From contig OZ024749.1 in assembly GCA_964016885.1 (NCBI GenBank), positions 45,136,001-45,200,000 of the forward strand: DNA of 64,000 nucleotides, written 5' to 3'. The notes beneath the pieces were generated by a model. That model made no database searches. It was not told where the DNA came from and saw nothing but the letters and a program-made list of their open reading frames with translations. Within the stretch, counting starts at the first letter, position 1, and each line of letters begins with the position of its first letter. Origin of the DNA: Eledone cirrhosa. Lineage: Eukaryota. This document shows positions 60,601 to 64,000 of the stretch, piece after piece. The translations under genes were made by a program, and so were the position numbers.

Positions 60601-60912
60601 CATTAAGAAAAAAAAAAAGAATATATATATATATCTTAGCTTAGCTCACAATTATAAGTATTTGTGCGTGTGAGCATCTGTTTGTGTATCTGTAACTGTG
60701 GGTGTGTATATGAATGTATATATCGTTATATAAATTGGTATGCGTGAGATTCTATATGTGTTTTTAAATATAACTATACATGCATATTAATTCACATCGG
60801 TGTATACATAGAAACACACATATACATATATGTAGGCAATTATATATGCAGACAGATATACAAATTAACAGGCGATGACAGAGAGAGAGAGAGAGACAGA
60901 CGGTTAGAAAGA

Positions 60913-60976
<64 letters not shown>

Positions 60977-61322
60977 GCCGGACAAACATAAATATGTATC
61001 TATGTATGTATATTCATGCATGTAATCCTCATGCTTTCTTCTTTATAAACGTATATTAATAACTAATATGTACGATATGAGTACGCATTGTGTTATTCAG
61101 GTAAACGCTGACAGATGAACGCATTACATTTATACATATATATGGTTGTATTTATGTATGTTTTAAATACATAATTATCTATACAAACATATCTATACAT
61201 ATATATATATAAATATATATACACACACGCACACCTTATATATATAATTGGTGTTGGAGGCTTAAAGCGTCCGTATGCGGTAGGCCGTATGAGCAGTCGA
61301 TGCCCTCGTAGAACAGAGTATG

Positions 61323-61658
61323 ATATCATAGAAAAAAAAGAATCAGTGTTGCGACGAAAGGAATTTATTGGACATATTACAATTGTTTCTCGGGCGACCA
61401 GCTCGAGGCTCGATCAGTATGGTAATTAAACCTGAATCTGAAATCGCGCGGTCCTCAGATACGTCACGATTCTACGAAGCAGATTTTCCTATTGAAATCT
61501 GCTTCGTAGAATCGAGACGTATCCGAGGACTGCGCGATTACCGAGTCAGGTTTGATCACCATATCGATCGTGCCTCGAGCCGGTCGCCCGAGAAACAACT
61601 GTAATATGCCCAATAAATTCCTTTCGTCGCAACACTGATTCTTTTTTTTTTGTGATAT
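61323..61658. mobile_element. Fold-back element, ~164-bp arms with 8-nt loop (family J)
   Basis: Arms 61323-61486 / 61495-61658; CpG-rich; shares terminal motifs with family I. Confidence 0.85.
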
Positions 61659-61660
61659 AC

Positions 61661-61743
<83 letters not shown>

Positions 61744-61744
<1 letters not shown>

Positions 61745-61935
61745 ATGAAAAGATTCAGGACCCCTGCGGCTGAGCTTCGGCCGCTTCGACAGCTATATCT
61801 GAATCTAGCTGTCGAAAGAGCCGGAGCTCAGCTGTCGGGGTTCTGAGTCTTTTCATATTACCCACTCTACTACACCAAACATCGAGTAGTTTGGTGGGTT
61901 ATGGTCCACTTGGTTTTTCACCACACCTTATTTGA
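61744..61935 (+). mobile_element. Divergent family E element with 5' inverted arm (61744-61857 palindrome)
   Basis: TAGCTGTCGAAAG..GAGCTCAGCTGTCGGGG..TACCCACTCTACTAC..TTATGGTCCAC. Confidence 0.7.
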
Positions 61936-62289
61936 TATAAATATATATGTATATATATTTAAAATAACGACAAAGTTTCGTTTACATGCACTTATTGTAT
62001 GTCGACCTGTTACGCGCGTTTCGCATAATATTGGCTCAGGGTCAGCCATAGAGGTTATGGACCCGACTTAATTACCGATCTGCTCTACAGACTGTCGATG
62101 CGACAGAAATCTAGTTCTTATTAATATATACGCTTTGCCTGTGCATCGAGTGCTTGCTTTGTTAGCAACAATAGTAATTTACAGAATCACCTATACTATA
62201 TATATAGTGAATCAAGCACTACTCTGATATATTGGCTCTCTCATTATCTCTCTCTCACTCTCTCTCTTTGTATATAAATATATATGTGT

Positions 62290-62325
<36 letters not shown>

Positions 62326-62409
62326 TTGTGTGTCTGTGCCGTTCAATGAAAATATGAGAAGGCCATATTCCAATACTGTTATTTAGTTTTATATATTACC
62401 ATAATTAAA

Positions 62410-62590
62410 TAATTGTTTCTACGTTAGGCACAGGGCCAGCAATTAACCAGTGTATTACTGGTACTTTATTTTATCGACCCCGTAAGGATGAAAGACAAAG
62501 TTAACCTCGGCGGGATTTGAACTCAGAATGGCAAGGGCCGTAACACTTTGCGCCAAAGCATGGCATCCGACACTCTACCAATACTGCCAA
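62410..62590 (-). mobile_element. Main SINE
   Basis: Reverse complement of head, core and tail. Confidence 0.88.
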
Positions 62591-62825
62591 TAAATAATAA
62601 GTATTTACGTATTTACTGAAGTCATCAGTATTTACCTTCATTCCTGTATCAACCACGAGATACTACATTTATGATTGAAGATACTAAAATATTATTGAGG
62701 TAGAGATTCGACCGGGAGTTCGAGTGGATTGAGAAGAAACAGCTCGAACTCCAGCTAGAATATCCACCTTATTAATATACACGTTGTGCATCCTTTGTCT
62801 CTCTCATTATCTCTCCCCCTCCCTA

Positions 62826-62874
<49 letters not shown>

Positions 62875-63337
62875 TCAAGAAGTAGCATGCCTATATGTGA
62901 CAATTGTGATGATCAACTACTTAAATCTATACCCTAAATGTAAGTAGGCAAACACATACGAATGGGCTGACAAACAAATTGAAGTGTGTAAACAAAGTGA
63001 ATTAAAAAGCTCTAACTATTGTGCATATAGCTTACAAGTGCGTGCCGTACACACACGTAACCACACATACACAGATAAGCGTTATACGTCAACTGAAATC
63101 AAACTCACAAATATGCGTACACATACATAAATACAGACATATGTATCTTCGTTGACAGTAACACTTAAAGAACGAAACACATGTCGTGTTATTCATACAG
63201 GTTTTAAATCTCTTCATAGACATTTGTTTGTGTGTGTGTGTATGCTTGTAATATGTATATACATACATTTATATATATATATACACAAAATTATTTGCAT
63301 TATATATATATATATATACTGCCAATCCACCACAAGG

Positions 63338-63525
63338 GTGGTGGATTGGCAGTATCGGTAGAGGGTCGGACGCCATGCTTTCCAGCATAGTTACGTCCCT
63401 TTACGATCTGAGTTCAAATCCCGCCGAGGTTGACTTTGCCTTTCATCCTTACGGGGTCGATAAAATAAAGTACCAGTAATGCACTGGGTAATTGCTGGCC
63501 TTGTGCCTAAAGTAGAAATAATTAT
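63338..63525 (+). mobile_element. Main SINE, young subfamily, with 17-bp 5' inverted duplication
   Basis: Nearly identical to 39268-39450; TACTGCCAATCCACCAC (63317-63333) inverted against its head. Confidence 0.9.
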
Positions 63526-63547
63526 ATATATATATGACACGTATACG

Positions 63548-63594
<47 letters not shown>

Positions 63595-63597
<3 letters not shown>

Positions 63598-64000
63598 GAT
63601 TGGTGCTCTGAAATAGCGATGTATGTGTAGTATGTTTGGCAATATACCGTATGTTTAATTAAAAACATTTAGAAGACCATACGATATAAGTTTTAAAGTA
63701 GTCACCATATAGTGACTACATTCATATATACATCGCTATTTCAGAACACCAGTCCTAGTACCTAATTTTTGCTGGACCTGCAATCGTTCTGTATAATCAG
63801 CTCCTGATTATTACTGGAATTCTATAAGAATCCAGCTTCTATAATTTCGGCGGGACCAGGGGAGTGCGTGGCTCTGATGAACACCAGCCAGCGTGAAACA
63901 GACTGTCAGCTTCTCTCCTTTCTTTCGCCGAAAAGAATTAAGTGACACAGTCACTACTTTAAAACTGATATCGTATGGTCTTCTAAATGTTTTTTTAATT
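63595..64000 (+). mobile_element. Family F HHR element with 5' inverted segment; runs off the window end
   Basis: IR 63595-63624 / 63728-63757 and 63657-63702 / 63953-64000. Confidence 0.8.
63871..63910 (+). ncRNA. Minimal type-I hammerhead ribozyme (family F)
   Basis: GCT-CTGATGA-ACAC.CAGCCA.GCGT-GAAA-CAG.A.CTG-TC-AGC; stem III ACAG/CTGT with 1-nt loop, GUC site, stem I GCT/AGC. Confidence 0.7.

Overview
AT-rich, repeat-saturated eukaryotic (animal) DNA with no supportable host protein-coding exon. It looks like intergenic DNA or a very long intron. The dense (TA)n/(CA)n/(GA)n and trinucleotide tracts and the dominant tRNA-derived SINE resemble an octopus/cephalopod genome (inference, not verified). 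Almost all ORFs in the supplied track are microsatellite artefacts. Recognisable parts: about 20 copies of one ~180-215 bp tRNA-derived SINE, 3' fragments of CRE-, RTE- and CR1-like LINEs, a hAT MITE with 8-bp TSD, and a perfect 5x66-bp tandem repeat. The most interesting signal is a set of at least 6-9 distinct families of short non-coding elements (100-900 bp). They sit in or beside (TA)n tracts, are often folded back into long inverted repeats, and carry minimal type-I hammerhead ribozyme (HHR) motifs, some with recurrent non-canonical cores (U-U at the base of stem II; CAGAAGA in place of CUGANGA). This fits non-autonomous Penelope-like/retrozyme-type retroelements targeting TA microsatellites. 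All coordinates and folds were read by eye.
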